From the NCBI GenBank assembly GCA_007121375.1, contig SKLX01000009.1, positions 1 through 36,703 on the forward strand: a stretch of DNA of 36,703 nt, given 5' to 3'. Below, piece by piece: positions 8,111 to 16,275 of this stretch (positions within the stretch are counted from its first letter, which is position 1; the number at the start of each line of letters is the position of its first letter). The position numbers were made by a program, and so were the translations under genes. Source of the DNA: Bacillota bacterium. GTDB lineage: Bacteria; Bacillota; Dethiobacteria; SKNC01. Below the pieces are notes generated by a model. That model saw only the letters and a program-made list of their open reading frames with translations, did no database searches and had not been told where the DNA came from.

Positions 8111-10365
8111 AGGGCCTTATAGTCTTCTCCTTGGGGAGAAAATGCCTTCAAGGAATACATCATGTTTCGCAAGATCATAAGGGCGGCCCTCTTATCCAGG
8201 GGATCATTGTTGTTGCCGCACTTGGGAGACATCAAGCAGCGGGGACACCCCTCCCGGCAGCGGCATTTTTCCACTATCTCCACCGCCCTTTCCGTTAGCT
8301 GGTGAAAATGGCTAAAAAGGCGCCAGGATATACCTATCCCCCCGGGGAAACCATCATAAATAAATATGGCTCCCCTGGATTTTTCCTCCATGGATACTCC
8401 GCCGATATCCCAGCGGTCGCACATAGCCAGGAGGGGAGTAACCCCTATTAGTAAATGCTCTGCTCCGTGAAGACCTCCCGCCAGGTCTCCCTTCAGGCCC
8501 TTCAAGGGTAGTTCTGCCCACACGGCCCGAGTATCAAACTGGAGGGGCTCCATATCTATTTCTTCTCTTTTTACCACCTTATCATATTTTTTCAGAAGAT
8601 ATCCCCAGACCTTTTCTGTTACCATAACCCGGCCATATTTTAAGGATACCTGGCCCCTTTGCTCCTCCTTCAGGATCTCTTCCACCTTTATGGAGGTCTC
8701 CGACAGGACGGTAGTATAATAATCCTCCTCCAGGAGTTTGACTTTCACCACTTTCTTCTCCTCATCAAATTCGGTAACCCGGTAGGGTTTGGTCATATGA
8801 AGGAATACAGCTCCCGGGTGGGCCTCCATATAAGCCTGCCTTTTATTTAATATCTCTAAAAGCTCTCCGCTTTCCTGGCAAACCAGCCTGTATTCATCCT
8901 TGTCAAAGGAGGAAAGGCTAACCTGGAAACAAGCTCCCTTCCCCAGGGCGTAATACCTCTTCTTATTCCCCCTGCCCAAATGGAACTTTAAATCTCCCTC
9001 CGCCACCAAAGCCCTGACCCCTTCCTGGTAACCGGGACCAAACCAGCTTCTCTCATCCTCTTCCAGGACCAGCTCCTCCGCTCCACACTTCAGGTGCCTT
9101 TTTAATATATGTTCATTTTCCAGGGAAATCACTGCCTGTTCTACGGGTTCCCGGAAAAGATAATTGGGGTGGCTTAAAATATAGCCATCCAGGGGGTTAT
9201 CATAAAAAAGCTGTAAGATTAAAGCCTCCTGGCCGGACCTGCCTGCCCGGCCGGCTCTTTGGTGAAAGGAAGCAATGGTGCCCGGGTAACCGCCAATAAC
9301 CACCGCATCCAGTCCACCGATATTTACCCCCAGTTCCAGGGCATTGGTAGAAGCCAGGCCCTTAAGTTCTCCTTCTTTCAGCTTCTTTTCCAGTTTCCGG
9401 CGGTCTTCAGGAAGATAGCCTGCCCGGTAAGAAGAAATACCCTCTGCCGCCTGTCCTGCCCAGCGGGCTGTAAGTTCTGCCATCTTGCGGCTGACGGTAA
9501 AGCAAAGGGTCTGCATATCAAGGTTTACACACCGGGCAAAAAGGTCTGCTGTCTGCAGGTGAGGAGAGAGGTTAGGATTTTTAGCCGCATCCCAAAAAAG
9601 ATAGGTCCTTTTGCTTTTACTACTTCCGTCCTCCTGGATAAGCTTAAAATCCTTCCCGGTAAGCTTGTAAGCATGTTCTACCGGGTCAGCCATGGTGGCG
9701 GAAGCCATTATAATCTGGGGGTCAGCCCCGTAATAATGAAGAATACGCTGGAGCCTGCGCAGGAAAAAGGCCACATTGGTTCCAAATATACCCCTGTACC
9801 AGTGACCCTCATCTATCACAATATACTTTAAGTTCCGGAAAAAGCGCTGCCAGAGCTTGTGCCAGGACAGGTAGTAGTGAAAGGCATGGGGGTTACTTAA
9901 TATAATCCTGGACTGCTGGCGTATTTTCCCCCTTTGGCTCCTGGGGGTGTCCCCATCATACACCGCTGCTTTAAAATCTCCTCTCAGCCCCTTTTCCATT
10001 TCCTTTATGCCCTTTAGCTGGTCGTAGGCCAGGGCTTTCATGGGATACAGGTAAAGGGCGGTAGCCCCGGGATCCTCCAGGAGGGCTTCCATTACGGGTA
10101 GGTTAAAAGCCAGGGTTTTCCCTGAAGCCGTAGAAGTTACCAGGACTATATTTTCTCCTGCCCTGGCTCCCTTAAGACACCGGGCCTGGTGGCTGTAAAG
10201 CTTGATGCCCTGGGAGGAAAGGTAATCCTTTACCTGGGCAGGTAAGGAAGGTTCAACTTTTTCAAAGTAGGCTTCCCGGGCAGGTAATTCCATGACCTCC
10301 CTTACCTGGCGTCTGTATTCTTTATGATCGTTAATTATATGTAGAAAGTCCTTTATTTTAGACAT
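8107..10365 (-). CDS. MrfA/YprA-like superfamily-2 helicase with a C-terminal DUF1998 (MZB) zinc-binding domain
   Basis: 752 aa. Walker A reads TSTASGKT and Walker B reads DEGH. Motif VI is QRAGRAGR. The C-terminal four-Cys cluster CRCREGCPRCLMSPKCGNNNDPLDK is typical of DUF1998. Confidence 0.85.
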   Translation of the reverse strand: MSKIKDFLHIINDHKEYRRQVREVMELPAREAYFEKVEPSLPAQVKDYLSSQGIKLYSHQARCLKGARAGENIVLVTSTASGKTLAFNLPVMEALLEDPGATALYLYPMKALAYDQLKGIKEMEKGLRGDFKAAVYDGDTPRSQRGKIRQQSRIILSNPHAFHYYLSWHKLWQRFFRNLKYIVIDEGHWYRGIFGTNVAFFLRRLQRILHYYGADPQIIMASATMADPVEHAYKLTGKDFKLIQEDGSSKSKRTYLFWDAAKNPNLSPHLQTADLFARCVNLDMQTLCFTVSRKMAELTARWAGQAAEGISSYRAGYLPEDRRKLEKKLKEGELKGLASTNALELGVNIGGLDAVVIGGYPGTIASFHQRAGRAGRSGQEALILQLFYDNPLDGYILSHPNYLFREPVEQAVISLENEHILKRHLKCGAEELVLEEDERSWFGPGYQEGVRALVAEGDLKFHLGRGNKKRYYALGKGACFQVSLSSFDKDEYRLVCQESGELLEILNKRQAYMEAHPGAVFLHMTKPYRVTEFDEEKKVVKVKLLEEDYYTTVLSETSIKVEEILKEEQRGQVSLKYGRVMVTEKVWGYLLKKYDKVVKREEIDMEPLQFDTRAVWAELPLKGLKGDLAGGLHGAEHLLIGVTPLLAMCDRWDIGGVSMEEKSRGAIFIYDGFPGGIGISWRLFSHFHQLTERAVEIVEKCRCREGCPRCLMSPKCGNNNDPLDKRAALMILRNMMYSLKAFSPQGEDYKAL

Positions 10366-10414
10366 ATCAAATTCCCCATTTCCTCTAGATCTAATAAGTA
10401 AACGGCTTTCCTTA

Positions 10415-10443
10415 ATTATACCATAAAAGGAATATATGTTCTA
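10415..10443 (-). promoter_or_regulatory. Candidate promoter of the helicase gene (-35 TAGAAC, 17-nt spacer, TGg-TATAAT)
   Basis: A consensus -10 with a TG extension lies 50 nt upstream of the ATG. The -35 is weak. Confidence 0.4.
10429..10442 (-). promoter_or_regulatory. Possible LexA (Cheo/SOS) box AGAACATATATTCC
   Basis: 12 of 14 positions match the Firmicute consensus CGAACRNRYGTTYC. The second half-site reads ATTC instead of GTTC. The site overlaps the -35 and spacer of the helicase promoter. Confidence 0.3.
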
Positions 10444-10470
10444 AATAAATTATTACACTGTGTATATATT

Positions 10471-10505
10471 TGAAAACAAAAAAACTGGGCTGTTAATTCC
10501 CAGTT
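10471..10505 (-). terminator. Rho-independent terminator after the tRNA cluster
   Basis: A 7-bp stem AACTGGG / CCCAGTT with a 9-nt loop, followed on the minus strand by TTTTTTGTTTTC. Confidence 0.65.
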
Positions 10506-10524
10506 CCCAAACTACTTAAATAAG

Positions 10525-10601
10525 TGGTGCGCCCGGCAGGACTCGAACCTGCGACCTCCTGATTCGTAGTCAGTTACTCTGTCCAGCTGAGCTACGGGCG
10601 C
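10525..10601 (-). tRNA. tRNA-Arg (anticodon ACG), CCA encoded
   Basis: Acceptor GCGCCCG/CGGGCGC, anticodon loop CTACGAA, T arm GCAGG-TTCGAGT-CCTGC, discriminator A. It closely resembles bacterial tRNA-Arg(ACG). Confidence 0.9.
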
Positions 10602-10623
10602 ATGTGTTATAATAAATAAATTA

Positions 10624-10718
10624 TGGCGGAGAGAGAGGGATTCGAACCCTCGATACGGGCTTTTACCCGTATAATCGCTTAGCAGGCGACCGCCTTCGAC
10701 CAGCTCGGCCATCTCTCC
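10624..10718 (-). tRNA. tRNA-Ser (anticodon GCU), CCA encoded, long variable arm
   Basis: Acceptor GGAGAGA/TCTCTCC, anticodon stem GTCGC/GCGAT with loop CTGCTAA, T arm GAGGG-TTCGAAT-CCCTC. Confidence 0.9.
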
Positions 10719-10761
10719 ACATAAATCTTAGTCTATGGTAGCTTTACCCAAAGTACTTTTA

Positions 10762-10848
10762 TGGCGGAGGGGGTGGGATTCGAACCCACGGCTCTTTCGA
10801 GTCACCGGTTTTCAAGACCGGCTCCTTAAACCCCTCGGACACCCCTCC
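10762..10848 (-). tRNA. tRNA-Ser (anticodon UGA), CCA encoded, long variable arm
   Basis: Acceptor GGAGGGG/CCCCTCC, anticodon stem CCGGT/ACCGG with loop CTTGAAA, T arm GTGGG-TTCGAAT-CCCAC. Confidence 0.9.
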
Positions 10849-10861
10849 CGACGTATAAAAA

Positions 10862-10890
10862 AGTATAACATATGAGTATTTCTTTGTCAA
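10862..10890 (-). promoter_or_regulatory. SigmaA promoter for the tRNA cluster (-35 TTGACA, 17-nt spacer, -10 TATACT)
   Basis: Near-consensus hexamers. The -10 ends 13 nt before the 5' end of tRNA-Ser(UGA). Confidence 0.6.
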
Positions 10891-10944
10891 TCGGTGTAGA
10901 GCCCCTGAAAGGCCCTTAAACAGGGGGGCTTCGCCAGAAAGCTG

Positions 10945-12231
10945 TTAAGGGTTTTTGGTGATTTTACCCTCCTCCAGGTCGGGGAAATAGGGAAGGAGCA
11001 CTTCCGGGATCCGTATGCTTCCATCCTCCTCCTGGTAATTTTCCAAAATTGCTGCCACGGTACGCCCCACGGCTACCCCGGAACCATTAAGGGTATGTAC
11101 ATATTCGGCTTTAGCCTTGGGAGAAGGCCGGTAGCGGATATTAGCCCGCCGGGCCTGAAAGTCCCGGAAATTACTGCAGGAAGAAACCTCCCGATATCCT
11201 TCATAAGCGGGCATCCACAGCTCCAGGTCATACTTTTTAGCCGCCGCAAACCCCAGGTCCCCTGCACACATGAGAACTACCCGGTAGGGAAGCTGAAGAA
11301 GCTTTAAAACCTCCTCCGCATCCCGGACCAGCTTTTCCAGCTCCTCCTCCGAATCCTGGGGGGTGGTGAATTTAACCAGTTCCACCTTGTTAAACTGGTG
11401 CTGGCGGATCAAGCCCCGGGTATCCCTCCCGTGGGCTCCCGCTTCAGCCCTGAAACAGGCACTGTAGGCGGTAAAATACTTGGGTAGTTCTTCTCCTCGC
11501 AGAATTTCCTCCCGATAAAGGTTGGTCACGGGAACCTCCGCCGTAGGGATAAGGTAGTAATCGGTGTTTTCCACCTTAAAGGCATCCTCTTCAAACTTGG
11601 GAAGCTGGCCCGTTCCAATCATGCTGTCCCGGTGGACCATAAAGGGAGGGAATACCTCCTGGTAACCGTGTTTACCCGTATGAAGATCCAGCATGAAATT
11701 AATCAAAGCCCTTTCCAGCCGGGCTCCCAGGCCGTAATAGAGGGCAAACCGGGATCCTGTGATCTTTCCTGCCCTTTCAAAGTCCAAAATACCTGCCTCC
11801 ATGCCCAGGTCCCAGTGGGCTTTAGGCTGAAAACTAAACCTGGGAGGCTGACCCCATTCCCTTACCGTTACGTTATCCTCTTCCTCTTTTCCTGGAGGGA
11901 CATCATCATCGGGAATATTAGGTATATTTAAAAGGATCCTTTCTATTTCTTCCTGGACCCTTTTAACCTTCTCGTCCAGGTCCTTGATTTCCGAGCTAAC
12001 CGACTTCATCTCCGTTATCATTTCGGAAGCCTCCTGGCCTTCCTTTTTTCTTCGCCCGATCTCTTCAGAGACTATATTTCTCCTGTTTTTCAACTGTTCA
12101 ACCTGGTATAGGAACTCCCTTCTCTCCCGGTCCCTTTCCAGAAGGTTATCCAGGTCCCCGGTTTCTCCCTTTTTTTTAAGGGCTTCCCGGACCTGTTCCA
12201 TATTTTGACGTATATATTTTAAATCCAACAT
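10945..12231 (-). CDS. serS: Seryl-tRNA synthetase
   Basis: 428 aa. It has an N-terminal coiled-coil arm ([10 protein letters not shown]...) and a class II core ([27 protein letters not shown]). RBS GAGGGGTG. Confidence 0.95.
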   Translation of the reverse strand: MLDLKYIRQNMEQVREALKKKGETGDLDNLLERDRERREFLYQVEQLKNRRNIVSEEIGRRKKEGQEASEMITEMKSVSSEIKDLDEKVKRVQEEIERILLNIPNIPDDDVPPGKEEEDNVTVREWGQPPRFSFQPKAHWDLGMEAGILDFERAGKITGSRFALYYGLGARLERALINFMLDLHTGKHGYQEVFPPFMVHRDSMIGTGQLPKFEEDAFKVENTDYYLIPTAEVPVTNLYREEILRGEELPKYFTAYSACFRAEAGAHGRDTRGLIRQHQFNKVELVKFTTPQDSEEELEKLVRDAEEVLKLLQLPYRVVLMCAGDLGFAAAKKYDLELWMPAYEGYREVSSCSNFRDFQARRANIRYRPSPKAKAEYVHTLNGSGVAVGRTVAAILENYQEEDGSIRIPEVLLPYFPDLEEGKITKNP

Positions 12232-12260
12232 GTCTTAAACACCCCTCTCATGAACTGCTG

Positions 12261-13967
12261 CTACATCTTCGACGGAGCTTTTATACCCAGGAGATATAAC
12301 CCGTTTACCAGCACCTGCCGGACTCCGTCTATAAGGATCAGCCTGGCTTCCTTTAACCCCTCTTCAGCCGTCAGTACGGGGCAGCGGTGGTAAAAATAAT
12401 TGAAATCACTGGTTAGATCCAGGAGATACCGGGCCAGGGTAGAAGGTTTATAAGTTTCGGCAGCCCTTTTAATATGTTCGCTAAACCTGGCCAAAAGGGA
12501 AATAAGCCTTTGCTCCTCTTCCCTTTCCAAAAGACTTAAATCTGCCTCCCGGGAGGCCTGAGCCCCTTCCTTCCTCAGTATGCTGCATATTCGGGCATGG
12601 GCATACTGAATGTAAGGGGAGGTTTCACCACTGAAATCCAGGACTTTATCCCAGTCAAAGTCTATATCCTTAACCCGGTCATTACTTAAATCCCCAAAAA
12701 TTACCGACCCTATACCAACCATTTCCGCAACCTCATCTTTATTTTCCAGATCCGGGTTTTTTTCCTCAATAATATCCCGGGCTAAAGCTACTGCTTTATC
12801 AATGACGTCCTCCAGGAAAATAAGGTTTCCCATGCGGGTAGACATTTTTCCTTCCTTAAACTTAATCAGCCCAAAGGGAACATGAACGCACCGGCTGGCC
12901 CAGGGTAAACCCATAAGCTCCAGGATCTTAAAAAGCTGTTGAAAGTGCAGGGATTGGGCCGCTCCCACCACATAGATAAGTTTTTGGAATTTATATTTTT
13001 CGTAGCGGTATAAAGCTGCACACAGGTCCCGGGTAGCATAAAGGGTAGCCCCATCTTTTTTCCGAAGGAGGGCGGGAGGCAAACCATAGGGCTCCAGGTC
13101 TACAATAAGGGCCCCTTCACTTTTTCTTACAATTTCCTCCTCCTCCAGCCGCTTTAGGGTAGAAGAAAGCATCTGGTTGTAAAAACTTTCTCCCTGCTCC
13201 TCATCAAACTCAATGTCCAGCCGCCTGTAAATCCGCCGGAACTCCTTCAGGCTTAATTCCCTGAATTTGTGCCACAGTTCTACCGCTTCCTCCTCCCCCT
13301 CTTCCAGCCTCTTAAACCAATGCCTGCCCTCCTCCTCAAGATTTTCATCTCCCGAGGCTTCCTGGTGAAAACTGACATACAGTTGATACAGGTACTGGAT
13401 AGGATCCTCTTTTAAAGAATCTTCATCTCCCCATCGCTTGTAGGCAGAGATAAGTTTTCCAAACTGGGTCCCCCAGTCTCCCAGATGATTAATGCCCACG
13501 CAGTTGTAACCCAGGGCCTCATATAAGCGATAGAGGGAATTGCCTATCACTGTAGAGCGAAGATGACCTATACCAAAGGGCTTGGCTATGTTGGGGGCTG
13601 AAAAATCAATAACTACATTTTCCCCTCCCCCTTCTTTAACCTTTCCATAATCCTTTCCTTTTTCATAAATCTCTTTTAGGGTTTCCCGGGTTAATTTTTC
13701 CCGGTTACAGTAAAAATTTAAATAAGGTCCGGCGCTTTTAACCTCTTTAATCCATTCTCCCAGGCCCTTCTTTGAAATTTCCTGGGCCAGATATTGAGAT
13801 ATCTCCTGGGGAGGTCTTTTCCACTTTTTAGACAAAATAAAGCAGGGAAAGGCATAATCCCCCAGCCCTGCATCGGGTGGAATGCTCAGGTTTTGTTGGA
13901 TTTCCTCCTGGCCAAGTTGAACCAGGCTTTCTAAAGCCTTAATAATTTCCTCTTTAAACTCCTGCAT
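12261..13967 (-). CDS. argS: Arginyl-tRNA synthetase
   Basis: 568 aa. The class I HIGH-like motif reads PNIAKPFGIGHLRS, and the protein ends in the DALR anticodon-binding domain (...ARLILIDGVRQVL). It stops 29 nt before serS. Confidence 0.95.
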   Translation of the reverse strand: MQEFKEEIIKALESLVQLGQEEIQQNLSIPPDAGLGDYAFPCFILSKKWKRPPQEISQYLAQEISKKGLGEWIKEVKSAGPYLNFYCNREKLTRETLKEIYEKGKDYGKVKEGGGENVVIDFSAPNIAKPFGIGHLRSTVIGNSLYRLYEALGYNCVGINHLGDWGTQFGKLISAYKRWGDEDSLKEDPIQYLYQLYVSFHQEASGDENLEEEGRHWFKRLEEGEEEAVELWHKFRELSLKEFRRIYRRLDIEFDEEQGESFYNQMLSSTLKRLEEEEIVRKSEGALIVDLEPYGLPPALLRKKDGATLYATRDLCAALYRYEKYKFQKLIYVVGAAQSLHFQQLFKILELMGLPWASRCVHVPFGLIKFKEGKMSTRMGNLIFLEDVIDKAVALARDIIEEKNPDLENKDEVAEMVGIGSVIFGDLSNDRVKDIDFDWDKVLDFSGETSPYIQYAHARICSILRKEGAQASREADLSLLEREEEQRLISLLARFSEHIKRAAETYKPSTLARYLLDLTSDFNYFYHRCPVLTAEEGLKEARLILIDGVRQVLVNGLYLLGIKAPSKM

Positions 13968-14023
13968 ATGATTCCCCCCTTCCTGCTTCCTTACCTTTAT
14001 TTCTATTTTTAACCTACCAACAT

Positions 14024-14052
14024 ATTATAACCAAACTTTTTCCATATATCAA
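14024..14052 (-). promoter_or_regulatory. SigmaA promoter for argS-serS (-35 TTGATA, 17-nt spacer, -10 TATAAT)
   Basis: Near-consensus hexamers 57 nt upstream of the argS ATG. The leader is too short for a T-box. Confidence 0.6.
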
Positions 14053-14069
14053 TAAAGGGCTATTTTATA

Positions 14070-16130
14070 TCATACCTCCGGGTTTAGATAGGGGTATTTT
14101 TCCAGGGGACTCTTCAGGTCTATAAACTCCGGGTGGGGGGACATCTTCTCCCCTTCAATATATATCTGTACTTTTTCAGGTTCAAAGTTACTGGCCAGGG
14201 TATAAGTCAACCCCTCCAGGATAACCTGGGCCCGGGCCTTCAGTTGGGGATTTTCTATTCCTTTAAAAATCTCTAAAAATTCCCTGCTTAGATTCACATA
14301 CAACAAATCATCTTTTATTCCCACACTGAGGACCTCCACTTCCCTGGCAAAATAGTTGGAGGTCTCTTGAAAAAATTTTTGAGTAAGGTTTTGAAGAGAA
14401 TTATCTTCTCTCATGTAAGGAAAGACTTCCCTGGGAAGTAAATAATACCTGTATCCCGAGCGAAAAGGAAGATATAGCAGGGGCTGGTCTTTTCTAAAGG
14501 TGCTGCTGTCAAATGCCTCTCCGATATAGATGCCCTGATCACCAAAAAAATCCCTTTCCTCTCCTTCTACCAGAAACTGCACTTCCTCTACTTTGGGAAA
14601 CTGGGTTACCGTATAAAGGATGGAATTAATTACCCCCAGGCTGTAATTGGTTCCCCCCGCCCGGGTTAGTTCTTCAGGCAGGTCAATATAAAGGGTTCCG
14701 CCTTCTTCTTTTATTTCAATATCAACACCCTTGGGGATGGTCCTTACCAGGTAACTGTTAGCCCGGGGGCCCTTTATCAATTCCTCCAGGGCCCTTTGTA
14801 CCACATCATTTCCCCTTCCAATATTCCTGCTGACAGGAATGAGAACCATAGCATTCTCATCATAAAAATACAGTTTAATCCTTGGATCATCATTAACCTG
14901 GATTGATTGGGAAGGCACGTAGAAAAACTGTTCTTCCCTGGCAGGAACATACTCCCCCAGGGTTTTCCTATCCAGGTTTAAAATATAAACATTGCCGTCG
15001 TCACAGCCCAGAACCAGCTTTTCCCCTTCCCAGCAAAGGGCCATCTCTTCCGCCCTGCTTCCTACTTCTATTTCCCGGCGCAGACGTCCCTGGTTATCAA
15101 AATAATTAATCAGGGTAAAATCTTCGCTGTAATGGCGCCAGGAGGAGGTTACAATCCGCCGGCCATCTTTAGAAAGGTCTACCAAAGAATCATCCCTGAT
15201 CCTTTTCTTCCACAGGAGTTCCCCTTCCGTGTTCAAGAAAAACAGGTTATCTTCTCCTCCTCCAAAACTATTGTAAGCCAGAAGATGTTCTTTGTTATCT
15301 GATATCTCCAGCTGGTTTATTGTTACTCCCGGGTCAAAACTCCACAATTCCTTTCCTTCCCTGGAAAAAAGGATTATTTTTTCTGAAGATGCCACTGCAA
15401 TATAATCACCCTGGTGGGATACCTCCAGGGTTGAATACCCCTTCTTTTCCCACAAAGGTTCTCCTTCCCTGTTAAAGGTGTAAAGGATGGACTCAGCTTC
15501 TTCTTCCGCTAAAAAGGCTATTATGTCGCCTTCAGAGCTCATATCAACCATGTTAACTTTTGGTATTTCCTTTCTCCAAACTGTATCTCCCTGGGAATCC
15601 AGGAAAACAATAGCTCCTTCATCCTTCTCCCTATCATTAACTACCGCTAATACATAGTTTCCTTCCGAACATACCTGAATACTTTCCAGAGGCATGGATA
15701 AATCTTTTTCCCAGGTAATTTCTTCATCTTCAATATAATATATCTTCCCCTCTTTGGTTCCCACCGCAATATTCGTTCCCTCATTGTTCAAGCCTGCCCC
15801 CAGAAGGGGTTCCTCAAAATCTTTTTCCCAAAGGAGATTGCCCTCTTTATCCAATAAAACCAGCCTGTCTCCGGAGCAAATAATGGCCCTTGAGCCATCG
15901 CAAGTAAATGCAGCACTGTTCAATTCTACTCTGGGGCGCAGCAAAGAAAAACGCCCTTCCAGGGACCTTCCCTGGTTAAAAGACCCTTCTTCTTCATAAT
16001 AGGGCTCCACGGGCCTTCCCTGGACATCTTTTCCGTAAAAGGAAAAAGACATCTGGCATCCAGCGGTAAATAACAATAGTAATATAATTAAAGGCAGGAT
16101 AACTTTTCGTGCGGCAAAATTATAGGTCAT
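14070..16130 (-). CDS. Lipoprotein with an N-terminal repeat (beta-propeller-like) domain and two C-terminal GerMN domains (GerM/LpqB-related)
   Basis: 686 aa. The signal peptide ends in a lipobox-like LFTAGC. About seven ~40-aa repeats each end in G-x-x-(L/V)-W-x-K (DKEGNLLWEKD, DSQGDTVWRKE, NREGEPLWEKK, SREGKELWSFD, NTEGELLWKKR ...). Two GerMN-like units follow (LYFYDENAMVLIPVSRNI...ALEELIKGP...GTLYIDL...EEVQFLVEGE, and LLYLPFRSG...LLYVNLSREF...KVQIYIEGE). Confidence 0.8.
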   Translation of the reverse strand: MTYNFAARKVILPLIILLLLFTAGCQMSFSFYGKDVQGRPVEPYYEEEGSFNQGRSLEGRFSLLRPRVELNSAAFTCDGSRAIICSGDRLVLLDKEGNLLWEKDFEEPLLGAGLNNEGTNIAVGTKEGKIYYIEDEEITWEKDLSMPLESIQVCSEGNYVLAVVNDREKDEGAIVFLDSQGDTVWRKEIPKVNMVDMSSEGDIIAFLAEEEAESILYTFNREGEPLWEKKGYSTLEVSHQGDYIAVASSEKIILFSREGKELWSFDPGVTINQLEISDNKEHLLAYNSFGGGEDNLFFLNTEGELLWKKRIRDDSLVDLSKDGRRIVTSSWRHYSEDFTLINYFDNQGRLRREIEVGSRAEEMALCWEGEKLVLGCDDGNVYILNLDRKTLGEYVPAREEQFFYVPSQSIQVNDDPRIKLYFYDENAMVLIPVSRNIGRGNDVVQRALEELIKGPRANSYLVRTIPKGVDIEIKEEGGTLYIDLPEELTRAGGTNYSLGVINSILYTVTQFPKVEEVQFLVEGEERDFFGDQGIYIGEAFDSSTFRKDQPLLYLPFRSGYRYYLLPREVFPYMREDNSLQNLTQKFFQETSNYFAREVEVLSVGIKDDLLYVNLSREFLEIFKGIENPQLKARAQVILEGLTYTLASNFEPEKVQIYIEGEKMSPHPEFIDLKSPLEKYPYLNPEV

Positions 16131-16275
16131 GATATTCCCCCCGTTACCCTTACAGTTTAAATATTTATCGTCTATTCTCCTTTAATTCTTCCTTATAAAT
16201 AGATTACATAAGTGTTAAACTTTTTTAACTTTATAAGGGAAGCCTTATTCTATAGGGGCGAAGCAAACCTTTTCA

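Noticed and set aside
8107-10365. The DUF1998 helicase as part of a phage-defence system (DISARM or Druantia-like)
   Set aside because: No partner genes (methyltransferase, PLD nuclease, DrmB- or DruA-D-like ORFs) are present. The size and motifs fit the housekeeping MrfA/YprA type, and the neighbours are tadA and tRNAs.
10512-10712. A 66-aa minus-strand ORF
   Set aside because: It overlaps tRNA-Arg(ACG) and tRNA-Ser(GCU). The 'protein' is a translation of tRNA sequence.
10366-10944. The tRNA cluster as an integration hotspot or genomic-island boundary
   Set aside because: No integrase, no direct repeats of tRNA 3' ends, and no compositional break are visible. The flanking genes are core housekeeping genes in conserved order.
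12232-14069. T-box leaders upstream of serS or argS
   Set aside because: The gaps are only 29 nt and ~100 nt (a 57-nt leader after the promoter). No GGUGGUACCGCG-like motif and no terminator/antiterminator pair are present.
16131-16275. A sporulation sigma (sigmaE/sigmaG) promoter in front of the GerMN lipoprotein gene
   Set aside because: I found no convincing match to the sigmaE (ATA-N14-CATACAnT) or sigmaF/G consensus. Only a weak sigmaA-like TTTAAC-N16-TATAAG is present.
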